Below are positions 24,301-37,688 of a DNA stretch of 64,000 nt, piece after piece. The notes beneath the pieces were generated by a model, which made no database searches, was not told the DNA's origin, and saw only the letters and a list, made by a program, of their open reading frames with translations. Source of the DNA: Eledone cirrhosa (Eukaryota); contig OZ024745.1 in assembly GCA_964016885.1 (NCBI GenBank), positions 75,144,001 through 75,208,000 of the forward strand, written 5' to 3'. The stretch's first letter is position 1. Each line of letters begins with the position of its first letter. Both the position numbers and the translations under genes were made by a program.

Positions 24301-25857
24301 GTAAGTATAAAAAGGAGATAAATTTAGCATTTGGTTAATATTTTGAAAATATATATTGGGTATGATATTTAGATCCCTCACTCACCTTCCCTAGAGTATA
24401 CATTTAAGTGAGTTGTTTTTGGTACCCAAAAGACTAAATCCATGGCCTCATCATCATCATTTTACATCTCCATTCCATACCAGCATGGGTTGGGACATAG
24501 ATTAAACTGTCTTTAAAATTTCCAGCCTATTTCTGATTAATTTTTCACAAATGTTGATTCTGTGATCACCATGCATGGCTGACTTCTGTTTGTTATGCTG
24601 TGGATGCACTAGCTGGAACCAACCCAAACCACTCTGGTTGAATGTTGGCACAAGTACTTTGTAATTAAGTAAATTACCTGGTGGTGAATTGGCAGAGTCT
24701 TTAAGGTGTCGGATAGAATGCTTTATGGTATTCGTCCCACCTGATTGCATGCCCTGAGTTGAAATCCTGCTGTGGTCAACTTTGCCTTTCATCCTTTCGA
24801 CGTTGATAAAAAGAAAGTACCGGTCCAGTACTGGGGTCGATTCTTCCTCTATAGAAAAAATATCAGCTGTGTTCAGACCTGGTGAGGGTTGGACTCCACC
24901 AGTTTTAAAAGTACCCTAGACACACCGTATGATAGTGCCTCTATGACTCCACAAGGAGTTATGAGATCTTTATCCGAAATTACCTGGCTTACTGCAGTTG
25001 TTGTCAATTTACTTCAACCTCTCACTTGTTTGCATTATCTTGGCTATCTGGCTACGAATCATGGCAAATGGAAGTGATTGAATTTGGCCAACTGGAAGTA
25101 TTTGACTACTTTGGCCATTGTCTAATCCTCTGTTTTCACACACTTTGGATTTTATGTCAAGCTTCAAAGTATATTAATATTGCTTGATTGAATTCCTCCA
25201 ACTCTTGCTCAAAAGCTGCCTCCATCATCCAAAGGGCCAACATATCTGCAATCTAGTTGCACCAGGGCCTCTCTCAGGATGGTGTAAGTGGTGAGTTGGG
25301 CAGCTACATGCATTAATATGATCAAAGTGGATTTTGAATCTCTATATGATGTCAACTGTTGGATATCTGTGATCACCAAGTCTGGTTGTTTAGTGTTCAT
25401 GATGCTGTGGATTCATTGGCTTAATTTATTTCAGGTGGGTGATGACACAAGTAAGGTTACTGTTGTAGATATTTGACACCTGGCCAATTGGTTTGACTGC
25501 TATTAATTCACTTACATTTCTACAACTTGATGCTTTTCCTAATGCTAACCAATTTAGAGAGTGTACTGGGTGCAATTTATCATGGTGCCTACTTGGGAGG
25601 TTGTCATGTTCTTGATGTAACTGAAGTGTCCTCTCTACACTTGAGCCTGGTTTATTTGGCTGGATGCCCTTCCTAACACTATATTGTTACAATTCCAATG
25701 CCAATCACTTTACAGAGTGTACAGAGGTCATTTTGTAGTGGTACCAACGCTAGTGAGGTTGCCTTAGAAATTCAGATGATGTAATATTTGAAATATATGT
25801 CACCATTAAATTATTAATATATGTCATCATTAAATTATTAATATATGTCACCATTAA

Positions 25858-26088
<231 letters not shown>

Positions 26089-27019
26089 TAAGTGTTTAAC
26101 TCTTTAGCATTTACATTGCTCTATATTTACTATTATATTTTTACGGTAATATCGAATCTATGAGATATTGTAATATCGAATCTATGAGATATTGATATTA
26201 TTTATTTTGAGAACAATACCTTAACATCAGTATGAGTGGCCAGTTACAGCCAGTTGGAGAAGAAAGACGTGAGAGAATTCTGGCTGGATATGACTGGTTT
26301 AAATGCGAAAGGGTTAAATATTTTATTCTAACGTGCCATTGATACCCACAAACATTCAAGATTCCTTCCTACTCCAATCCATCCAATGTTCTTTATCTTC
26401 TCTTGTCTCTTCTTAATTAGAAATGATTATTGGTACTTGAGCAGAATTGTTAGAACATTGTGCAAAATATTTAGTGGTAATCGTATCAGCTTTTTACTGT
26501 CTGAGTTGAAATCTTGCCGTGGTTAACTTTGTTTTTCAAACTTCTGGAGTTGAGAAAATAATGTACCAGTCAAGTACTGGGGTTGATTTGACTTGACTTT
26601 TCCCATCTCCCAATATTCTGATTTTGTACCTACGTTAGAAACAATGTTCCACTTATTCCTGAGAGGGTCGTGGGGACAGAGTCCTCAAACACTCCTTCCA
26701 GCGGGTCCTGTCAGAAGTAACCGTCTCCAACTGATCCGGCTGGATCCCCAAGTGGGATCAGCCAAGTTCATGGATGTTATGCAGCCATCTTGTTTGACGT
26801 CTACTGCTGGTTGGTTTTGCCCATAAAATCTATCCAGCAATTTTTTCCTGAGACATTCTAAGCACATGTCAATAGTATCGGAGCTGTGATCTCTCAATTC
26901 AGAGAAGTAGCGACTCTACTTGGAGTGACTCTTTGCTCTCCGAGCTACACACTCTATCGAGTAACGTTACTCCAAAGAAACATTGTTAAATAAATAATTA
27001 TTATTATGTACTGGTAAAT

Positions 27020-27195
27020 AATTGTTTCTACTTTTGGCACAGTGTATTACTGGTACTTTATTTTATCGACCCCGTAAGGATGAAAGGCAAAGTTAACCTC
27101 GGCGGGATTTGAACTCAGAATGGCAAGGACCGTAAATCAATGCGTCAAAGCATGGCGTCCGACCCTCTACCGATACTGCCAATCCACTGCCTTCT
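27020..27195 (-). mobile_element. tRNA-derived SINE with Meta-like domain (other copies at about 24680-24840, 26440-26640, 42695-42905, 42930-43120, 55045-55230, 55700-55860)
   Basis: On the minus strand: ctgagttcaaatcccgccgaggttaactttgcctttcatccttacggggtcgataaaataaagtaccag. Confidence 0.75.
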
Positions 27196-27214
27196 GGTAA
27201 ATATGTACTGGTAA

Positions 27215-27355
<141 letters not shown>

Positions 27356-28123
27356 TAAAAACTTAATCTCTTTTAACTAAATATAATTGAAAGCAATCTT
27401 TGCTTTGAAGATAACATTTTTGGGGTTTTCTTGAAGATGGTTGGTGACAAAAAGAGAGAAAATATAATGAACAAAACAAAATTGTTTCATCCCATCATAT
27501 CAAACTGTGTTATAGTTGAACCAATTGAATGTCAGTGTAAATATTGATCTTCCTGAAGATAACCTCTCTATTGCACCCTATTAGCTACTCCCTCCACCCC
27601 TGTCCATGCACTTGATTGCCTCTCCTTGTACCCCTCTCTAAAGTCCTTAGATACCCTCTCTATCACACTCTAGTAGCTACTCTCTCCACCACTGTACATC
27701 CCACTCTGCCCATACCCCCTACAAAGTCCTTAGAAACCCTCTCTATTGCACCATAGTAGTTACTCCCTCCATCCCTGTGCACCCACTCCACCCATGATGC
27801 CTCCTCTAATGGCACCTTAGTTCTTCCTCCCTCTAACATCCTTAGATACCGTTTTTCCATGCTTGCATGGGTTGGACAGGTCCTTTCCAGCACATCTCTC
27901 CACTTGTTGCAGTATTTAGTTAACCCACCTGTGAGCTTCAGTGCTATAGACACCACATGTAACCTGGTTTTTAGAATAGATGCACATTGTAAGAGTCAGT
28001 TAAAAGGTTTGGCACCAGGAAGGACATTTTCTTGTTAAACATTATCTCAAAACATCCTATCCAGCATGGAAAAGTGTACATAAAAATGATGATGATGATG
28101 ATATATATTTTCTGTACCAACAG

Positions 28124-28249
28124 GGTTCTATGAAAAACAAAATAACAGCTGCAGAGTCCCGAGTCTTCTGGTTGTCTCTTGTATCCTGCCAAATAATATG
28201 GATTGTGCTATTTTTTGGAACTATGTTTACACTCAACTTTGAGTGGTTT
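28124..28249 (+). CDS. TVP23: TVP23 coding exon 4
   Basis: GSMKNKITAAESRVFWLSLVSCQIIWIVLFFGTMFTLNFEWF. Confidence 0.93.
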
Positions 28250-28998
28250 GTAAGTACTTGTTAATGTTAGTAGTGGAGTTAACCCTTTTGATATCAAACT
28301 GCCTGAAACTATTCCTAGTTCTGATACAAAACTATTTATTTTAAATTGTTTATATTTATCTGAAAACCTTTCATCATAATTTTAGATAAAAACCTTTGTA
28401 AAATTTTTCCAAACACAAACTTAATAATTGTTTCTACTTTAGGCACAAGGCCAGCAATTACCCAGTGCATTACTGGTACTTTATTTTATCGACCCCGTAA
28501 GGATGAAAGTCAAACACAAACTTAATAATGAGAAAATTAGTTATTTTACTAAATCCTTTTAAATTCCTGATCATTTTCAATATTACTTTCATTAGAAATA
28601 TGGTAACAAAAGGGTTAAAGTGTTTATCTAAAAACCTTCATTTGTAATTTTATGTTAGAACCTTTGTTATGTTCTAAACATTAGCTGAATAATGAAAAAA
28701 GTAGTTATTTTATTAAATCTCTTCAAATTCTTGCTTATTTTGAAAATAATGTGAAAATCATTGATACTGTCTTTCGTGAGGCTAGTCCTTACTTTAGCAG
28801 AGTAAATAGTCTTAAAACACTTGTACATTAATTTACATCTGTTTCCATGCTGGCAATGGTTGATGCTAGAAACAGCATCCAGCTGTAGAATACAGCCTCT
28901 AAAAGGTCTTGTTCAACCCATGCTAGCATAGAAAAACAGACATAAAAACAATGATGATGATAATACTTCTGTAAAAATTGAAATGTTTTGTCTTCCAG

Positions 28999-29127
28999 AT
29001 GGTTGTAATTGTTGGTATTGTAATGAATGGAGCTAATCTTTATGGGTATATACGGTGTAAAATTGGTGCCAAGAAGTCTTTGAGAAGTGTAGCTTCCAAT
29101 TTCCTAGGACAACATATTCTACAAACA
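28999..29127 (+). CDS. TVP23: TVP23 coding exon 5
   Basis: MVVIVGIVMNGANLYGYIRCKIG...NFLGQHILQT. Confidence 0.95.
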
Positions 29128-30419
29128 GTAAGTTGGATTTTTTTTCATTTTCATTCCTTCTTTTAAAATGGCTTTGAGGTTAATTTGTTGAGTCTGTGAA
29201 CTGTATGTTATTAACAGCAAGGTATGGAGTATATTTATGCAAGCTGGAACGTTTAGACCACTTTTTCCAACACTAAATACTCCATGTTTGAGCATTGGAT
29301 GTTGGGTCAAAATAAAATTCATTGTTGCTGTTGGATTGGTTCCCTCCGACAACTCCTACTCAAAAGACTCATTGGTTTGGTCATGCACTCTCCCACTCTC
29401 GAGGTGAACTCATCCGTTTTGTGTGATCAAAACATGGTCCTCTGACCTGGCTGTCTCACAACAGGACAACTCTAACCCATGCTAGCGTGGAAAATAGACA
29501 TTAAATAATAATGATGATGATGATGCAGTTGCACCTAGGCTCCTTCCAGGACAGTGTAAATGGTGAGGTGGACAGTCGAAAACATGAATTGGCATGATCA
29601 TGTTGCATCTTGAGCTAATGTCTGGCCCTCACATGTATGGTGTCTGCCATTGGAATAGTGACTGGTTGACAATATTAGCACCAGATGTCTGAGATGTTTG
29701 TACATAGGTGGTCTCTGGCTGAATGCCAATATGTATCTATAAATAGTAAGGCAAGGTACATAACTCATAACTGAGGGCCGTCAATCTGTATTCTAAATAT
29801 GGTAATGAAGATTAAGGATCACTTGTGATCCCTCTTGAAAATTTATGATCAAAGCATTCTATCCGTGATCACCTCATCTTGTTTTTAGGACTAACTTATC
29901 CACAGTGTCAATTCTTTTTTTAGACAGTAGGGTGTTATTAGAGGGAGACTTAGCTGTTATTTCTAGTAAGTTGTAAGACTACACCGTGGCCTTCTTCATT
30001 GACTCATGAAATTTACTGTTAAAATGTCACTTTTATACATCTTGTTCACCACTCAGTTAACATGTTCCCCATTTTACATTCTTTGTTCACAATTTACATG
30101 TCTATGTTCATCCTTTAACATTCCTTGGTCAGTATCTGCATTATTGTTAACATGTCCATCTTTTTTAGTTCCCTTGTTCACCATACAGTTAACATGTTCA
30201 CTTGTTAAGAACCCTGTTTTATCATCTGCAGTCATTTAACATTATTTACTATTTTACTCCCCTTGTTCATCATTAACACTGCTGTTAACATGTTTACTTT
30301 TTTACATTCCTTGTTCATTATTCACGTTAAAATTCTCACCTTTTGTTCACTATTCACTGTTATTAATATCTTCACTCTTTCACTATTAACATATATATAC
30401 ACATGCTTCAAATCACACA

Positions 30420-30776
30420 AACCATTCTGGGAATTAATGAAGACCCTTTGATCTGAAGGAAGAGTGGCAAAGATCATGGAATGAATCCAAATTTGCCAAC
30501 CAAGACCTCATCCAGCGCTCCACATCTAAACCAGCCAGCATTGACCTTCCTAGAAAGCAATGAGTGTCCCTTAATTGGCTTCGCACAGCCATCATCTCCA
30601 TGGATGTAAGACAGCCCAGCATGTGACTGTGGGAACCTGACCAGAGATTGCTGCATGTTGTTTGGGATTGCCCCCTCAGATGTTTTCCCAGCGGCCTGGA
30701 GGCAATCCATAATACTACAAATGACACTTTAGTCTGTCTCTCTAACTATTGTGCATATGTCATACAAGAAGAAGAC
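30420..30776 (+). mobile_element. Degenerate LINE 3' end with CCHC knuckle (Ingi/Vingi-like)
   Basis: Translates, with disruptions, DLPRKQ*VSLNWLRTA...CDCG...HVVWDCP, followed by an aagaagaaga tail. Confidence 0.6.
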
Positions 30777-31188
30777 TATTAACATGTTCACCTTTTTACA
30801 TCTCTTGTTAATGTTCACTTGTACATCTACACCACTGTTAACATTAACTTTTTTACTTCATCTATCTCCAATACCACTGTTAATATGTTCACTAGCTACA
30901 CATTTTAATCCTTTTACAACCTTTGTCTTCCTTCACTGTTAGCATTCACTTTTTCCTTGAAGTTGAAAGTGCATGGCCAGAGTGTTGGATTCATGACCAT
31001 AAGGTTGTGGGTTCACTTCCTAGACCAGATGGTGCATTGAGTTCTTGAACAAGGCACTTCATTTCATGTTAGCATTAGGGCCTGTATCATTACCCCCCCC
31101 CCCCCCCCCCCACCCCCCGACTTCTATGAGATACAACCTCATAGTAGGCCAACTGAGCTGTAATTTTCATTTTTTTTTTATTCTGCAG

Positions 31189-31272
31189 TTTAGAGGCTCA
31201 GTAGCAAACCCAACAGAAAGCACATCAGAAAATTTGAATGAGAAGTCATCTGCACCAAAATTCTCCATCTGA
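31189..31272 (+). CDS. TVP23: TVP23 probable last coding exon
   Basis: Strong polypyrimidine acceptor, FRGSVANPTESTSENLNEKSSAPKFSI*; total CDS 645 nt. Confidence 0.7.
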   Translation, partial: FRGSVANPTESTSENLNEKSSAPKFSI

Positions 31273-33131
31273 TTGCAGAATACTGTCTACCTGAGAAGGC
31301 CTTACAAACCACTCCATTTATGTGATCATACCAGGACTTCATAAGAGACTTTTACCTGTATATAACCATTTTTTGCTTTGGAAGAGTGGATGAGGTTGAT
31401 CCATTTGACATCTGAAATGGGTTTTCCCCTCCCACTAACACAAGAATTTGACAACACCCATATTTAAATTTGATGATTATATGTATGCGTGTGTGCATGT
31501 GTGTATGTATATATATATATATATACATACACATACATAAGTATATATGTGTGTATGTGCAAATATATGAAATTGTATAATTTATGTATTTATGACAGAA
31601 TTATTTTAAACTTTGTTTTTGGTTTAACTAAATTGTTTTTTCAGTTTAACTTCGTATTTGGTTGCATATTAAATACATCACATTCCTTCCTTCATGTTAT
31701 TTGAACTATTATTTCTGCCTTCCATGGTTATTCCCCTTTGTTTTCATTATTCCATGCCCAAGAGGAACCACTCAAATCTCCCCACTTTAATACATAACTG
31801 AACTGTTATAATAATTACAATGGGATTCAACAATGTTGTAGTTAGCCAAGGTGGTAGAGTGCCAACATAAATATATTGTAGTATTTAATACTGTCTTGTG
31901 GACCAATTATAAGGAGTCCAGGGTCTCCTCTATGCTGTGATGGTTGATGTTTTTCCTGATCTTATTTCCCTACATTATTTTCTGTGATGGAAATCTAATA
32001 TCTCCCATTGGAAGCTGAGAGATCATTTATTAATGAAGCAAGTAATGTTAAGTTCAATATAAATAATAAAGATAATTTCTAGTAGGTTACAATACAATCC
32101 TTTAAATCTGGTATCTCATTGAATGGCAAGTAGTGTACAACTATATCCCCCCTTCAAGATACCCACAACACATACGAGATATTTCTTATTCTTTGCCCAC
32201 TTATTCCTGGGTGGGTTGTGGGTTCAGTCAGAAGTAACTGTCTCCAACTGATCTGGCTGGATCTCCAAGCGAGACCAGCCATGCTCATGGTCTACTCCTG
32301 CCCATAAAATCTATCCAGCAATTCTTTCCTGAGACATTCTAACAGTATTAGAGTTGTGATCTCAATTCGGAGAAGTAGTGGCTCTACCTGCCTTCCATCA
32401 CTTGTGAACACAGCCCCAAGTTACTTGAACTTCTCCACCTGCTTCTGTGGAACTCCATTTACATGTAGAGTGCACTGAGCAGGCTTCCTTGAGAGGGCAA
32501 GTATCTCAGTTTTTGTAGCACCGATTTTCATTCCAACCATGCAGCACTCTGCAAATTCCCGCCAACTGATGATACACTTCCACCCTGCCTGCGCAGTCAA
32601 TCCTGTTCTTGAATTTCATACAAAAATATAGATGTAAGATATATATTTAAAAAAAAACACATTTTAACTAAACATAAGACCAAATTTGTTGGAAAAATCT
32701 ATAATTGAATGAGGGCTTGTGGCCTAGTGATTAGGGTGTTGACTTTACAATAATAAGGCTGTGGGTCTGATCTCCAGACATGATAGCACATTGTTTCCTT
32801 GAGGAGAAAAGCATTTCATATTGATCTAGTCCACTTAACACAAAATATGAGTGCTGGGAGCCATCTTTTTAACAGACTAGCATCCTATCCTTTCAATTAA
32901 TGCCACATAAAACTGAAATAAGATTCAGCATGATGAATCCCTAGACTTGCTCAAGTACATCACTATTAGTTATTTTATTAATTCTAGTGTGATATAAAAC
33001 ATTTAGGCTGACAATTTCCACCATAAAAAACACACATATAATATATATATATATCAAGAGACTGAAAACTCAGACAAACAAATATGTTTATACAGAATAA
33101 ATGCTCAGCTTCCACTGTTTTCTACATCAGC

Positions 33132-33281
33132 TTATTTTGAGTGTCGGAAATCTTCCCAAGGATGTCCTGGTTTGTCAAAACCAACTGACTTCAACCATTT
33201 CGGATAAAACTGCATGAAAGTCTTGAAGGATTCTTTAAAATACTCAGCTTTGAAATATGACTCGACTCCCTTTTTTTGTTC
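33132..33281 (-). CDS. PTCD1: Pentatricopeptide repeat protein PTCD1, coding exon 9 (last)
   Basis: EQKKGVESYF...FYPKWLKSVGFDKPGHPWEDFRHSK*; HPW..F end typical of PTCD1. Confidence 0.88.
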   Translation of the reverse strand, partial: EQKKGVESYFKAEYFKESFKTFMQFYPKWLKSVGFDKPGHPWEDFRHSK

Positions 33282-33539
33282 CTGGGGTATATAAAACAAG
33301 AAAAAAATAAACAGGTAATTTAAAATAAAATTACACACATACACACATTTATACTAATTGGAACCATTCATTTTGCTGCTAAATATTTTGTGTAAAGGAA
33401 TTAACTTATAAGAAAATAAACTGGAGATGAATAAACTTGGTTAAATATTGATTTTAGATTTTATATTTAAAAGAAAAACCCTTTTTGGTTTTGTTCATTT
33501 CAAAGGTATCATATATTGGTTCCACATTATAATACACTC

Positions 33540-34040
33540 AGGACACATTGTCAAGTGGTAGTGCTAGTGCCCCGATACCCTCAGATGCCAGAGAAGCTCC
33601 TTAGAAGTTGTTGACAACTTTTATTACCTAGATGACCTAATCAGCAGTTGGGAAAGATGATCTGTAAGTCCAGGTAAGAAGTTTCAGTAGCTGGTACCTC
33701 TGCTGACAATAAAGAGCTTCCTTTTCAGAATGAAGGCTAGACAGTATGATGCCTGTGTGTGAACTGCAATGTTACAAGGCTAGAATGTATGAAGTGAGTA
33801 TACTCTGATGGATGTGTAATGTTAATGTGCATGAATGATATAGCATATATAAGCATTGGTATGGTCATATGGACGATGGCAGCTGCATAAAAAATACAGA
33901 AATTTATGGAATTTATGGAAGAAGCAGAATGAGGTACTGAAGATCAACCCTAAGAAGCTAAACCTCATAACAGAGGTGAGAAAGAACTGTGAGGGCTGGC
34001 ACTATGCAATACTGGTGAAGATTCAGCTACCAGCATAAAA
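33540..34040 (+). mobile_element. Old degenerate RTE fragment
   Basis: agaatgaaggctagacagtatgatgcctgtgtg homologous to positions 5-35. Confidence 0.65.
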
Positions 34041-34799
34041 TGTGACTTGACACCCCCCCACTCCACTAGCATGCCCTAGTAGCTAACCTCTCCATCATTG
34101 CACACCCTCACCCATCCATGCCCCCTTCACTATGACTCCTTAGCTATTTCCCTCCATCTAAAGTCCTTAGATACCTACACTACTGCAGCCTAGTAACTAC
34201 TCTTTCCACCCCTGTGTATTTCCACCAAACTCATGCTCCCTCTACTACCATTTCTTAGCTATTCACGCAATCCAAACACACTGGTGAGTACCACCCCTTA
34301 CGCTAATGAGCACTATAACTGCTTAAGTATTCTCACCATCACTACATCCACCTCCTATGCAATCAGAAGTCATCCCTTCCCTCCTACTTATCACCCTGTC
34401 AAATTCCAATACACTTGCCAAACATCCATAATGACATATCTTCCTTCTTTTCTCTATCCCTGCAGAGCAGAGATGGCTCTTCTGTTGGGACAAGGACCAA
34501 CAATCTCTAGTGTTGGTGCCATGAAAATGCACCTGGTACATCTTGTAAGGTGGTTGGCAACAGGAAAGGCACCTCACTGTTGAAATCATGCCTAAAAAGG
34601 ATCGAGAGGACTCTTCATTTGTGTCATGGCATGACAATCTCTCTAGTGTAGGTGACCTATATAATAAACAAACCCAGTATACGCTGTTAGTGGTTGGTGA
34701 TAGGAAGGGCATCCTGCCATACGATGCTTACCAAGCCAAATTCAACATTTCAACAAAATATCTACACGCTATTATATATCCATTCTTCTCTAAGTATTT

Positions 34800-35240
34800 C
34801 TTCTTCGCCCACTTATTCCTGAGAGGGTAATGGGGGCAGAGTCCTCAAACACTCCTGCTGGTCCTGTCAGAAGCAACCATCTCCAACTTATCTGGCTGGA
34901 TCCCCAAGCGTGACCAACCAAGCTCAGGGATATAATCCAACCATCTTGCTCAGTGTTTACCTCTGGGTCTCCTACCTGTTGGTTTTGCCAGTAAAATCTG
35001 TCCAGTGGTTCTTTCCTGAGACATTCTAACCATTGGAGCTGTGATCTCCGAGCTACGCACTCTATTGAGTAATGTTACTCCAAAGACACTTCGGAGGAAC
35101 TCCATTTTGGCCGCTTGTATTGGTGATTGTACTCTTTCTGTCATTACCCAAGATTCATGACCACTGGTAAAGGTTGTCATGAATACCGAATTAAAGCTAA
35201 CAAGTTTGGCCTTTACACCTATCTCCCTTCTGATTACTGA
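34800..35240 (-). mobile_element. RTE-like 3' fragment family (also about 26645-26980 and 32185-32560)
   Basis: ORF 34950-35318 GHESWVMTER...IQAAKMEFLR...GRRPRG; shared end ccacttattcctg. Confidence 0.7.
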
Positions 35241-35623
35241 ACTCTTTTTCAAATATTCTTCTTGGATAACAGTTTGGGAGGGGTGTAATTGTAACAAGGA
35301 GTGCGTTGGAAAATTCATTTAAATAAAAGGGGTCTTTCGTAGTGATTACTTAACTTGCTAGAAATAACAACCAAATCACTCTCATATCACACCAGATCGT
35401 TTTTACAAAACAGTTTAGTATAGGCTGAGATACCTTGTCTCTGAGTAAAAGATGGAATGGTCATGGTTGGAACGCTTTTCCTTCTACCAAGGTTGATAAA
35501 ATAATTACTAGACAAAGTACAGATGTTAATATAATGGACTATGCTCTTGAAGGAAGTACCTCACCATGGCCAGTCCAATGATAGAAGTCACAGTAAAAGA
35601 AAATAGAATCATTATTTACATAC

Positions 35624-35806
35624 CATCTGGAGGATTTTCTTCCGAGCATTGTCAACCTGATTTTCAATGTGCTGGATCAATATAGTGTTTGGTTTTAGAT
35701 CCCATTTTTGCATCATTTCTAAAAGTACTAATTTGTATTTAAAATCCATATTGCTCTTGCGAACTAACAGACCAAATATTTCAATATTTGGTTCCATACC
35801 AATTTC
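35624..35806 (-). CDS. PTCD1: PTCD1 coding exon 8
   Basis: EIGMEPNIEIFGLLV...MMQKWDLKPN; AG/GT, phase 0. Confidence 0.9.
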
Positions 35807-36275
35807 CTAAAACAACAAAGAAAAAAAAAATTGTTATTAGAATGGGTAGGTGGATGAATGGACGAAATTAAATGTGTTATATAAGTTACAAAAGATTAGA
35901 CTTGATAATTGTGTTAGCTGCTGGAAGTATGAAGTAGTAGTCCAAGATCTCTTAGTTAACTGCTATGTGGAGTATGATCCTGACCTTGAAGTAACACTTG
36001 ATGCAACACCAGCATATGAGATAACACACTAAACTATCACTAACTGTAGCAACTTGATGCTGGACTTCAAACAGCTGGTGTTTTGTGTCTCTCCAGCACT
36101 CCTCTTAACTCTGCAACCTCAGCTGTTTGAAATCCAGTATCAAGTTCTAGCTACTGACAACCTTACACAATAATTTTCATTATTTCATGAGAAATACTGG
36201 CTATGCACCCCCCTCCCCACCATCAACTTTAAATATATTGAGTACTTTTATTGGAAATTCATACTCACTTTTAAT

Positions 36276-36307
<32 letters not shown>

Positions 36308-37571
36308 CACACACACATATATATATATATATATAGTGTAGTAAAAGTTTGGTAAAAATATCCAAGGGTAAGAGCACTCAGTCTATAGGACGAGTTTGGT
36401 ATAAATAGTTACAACAGTGACATAAACAAGTACTTAAGTTTCGTTGGGTTCTGCACAACTCATTCAGCTTGCTAGGGGTGCAGAACCCAACGAAACTTAA
36501 GCACCTGTATATGTCACTGTTGTAACTATATATATAGACTCTTGTGTGTTATAAAAGGTGATTAAAACAGTTGGCACCAGGAAGAGCGTCTGGCTAGTAA
36601 AACAATGCCTCAAAAAGTTCCATCGAAACTATGCAAGGATGGAAAAATGGTGACATATATATCTATATATATATAAAATGAATAAAAGTAGCTAGGATTA
36701 AATTACATTAAATTATTTAATTGGTTTACGAACGTTTCTATCAATACAGTAAGAAAATGCATTTTTTCCTCTGTATTAATTTCTTCAGAATCTATTAAAC
36801 AACATAAATAACAATTATTTACCAACCACATGTCTGAACATCAGTACAAAGGAAAAGATGTATTTTCTTATTGTATTAATAGAAACGTTTGTAAATCAAT
36901 TAAATAACACATGCAAGCATTGAAAAGTGGATGTAAAAACGATGATAATGATGAATTTAATCCTGGTTATTTTTATTCAGTTTATATATGCTCTGTGATA
37001 TTGCAAAACTACTGTTATTGCAAATTTACCGATTGGATTAACCTCTGAACTGTCTTTTACCTATCGTGCTGTGAACTATAAAATCATATTTGAGCTTTGA
37101 ATTATTCTTTGCCTTATATGATTGTGTTATCAACTCATCTAAACTATTGTATACACACAGACACACACATATATATCATCATCATCATTATCATTTAACG
37201 TCTATCTTCCACGCTAGCATGGGTTAATTGGGTTTGTCTCATTAGAGGCAAGTTGAGTCGGGTGACTGTGTCTTGCTCATATAGGGCTGTTTCTGGCTGG
37301 TTTTCTACAGCTGGATGCCCTTCCGGATGCCAACGTCATTTACAATGTGTGCTGGGTGCTTTTTGCCATGTTTCCTACACGACCACTTTACAATGTAGGC
37401 TGGGTGATTTTTGTCGTGACACCTATATAACATACATTCTAAAATAAAATTAGGTAGAAAGTACTTTAGATAAATATTAAACATTTTGGCACCAACAGTT
37501 TTGTATCATTGAACTAGGGGCAGTTTCAGGTGGTTTGGTATTACAAGGATTAACAGAATACTTATCCTTAC

Positions 37572-37688
37572 ATCAATACTACAAAGGAGTTCTTTTGCTT
37601 CTCTGATTTTCGTACAACCCATGGCTAAACAACCAAAAGTTCTTAGGTTAGGATGGAGATTATCTTCTCCAACTTTTTGTAAAACATC
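37572..37688 (-). CDS. PTCD1: PTCD1 coding exon 7
   Basis: DVLQKVGEDNLHPNLRTFGCLAMGC... Confidence 0.92.
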
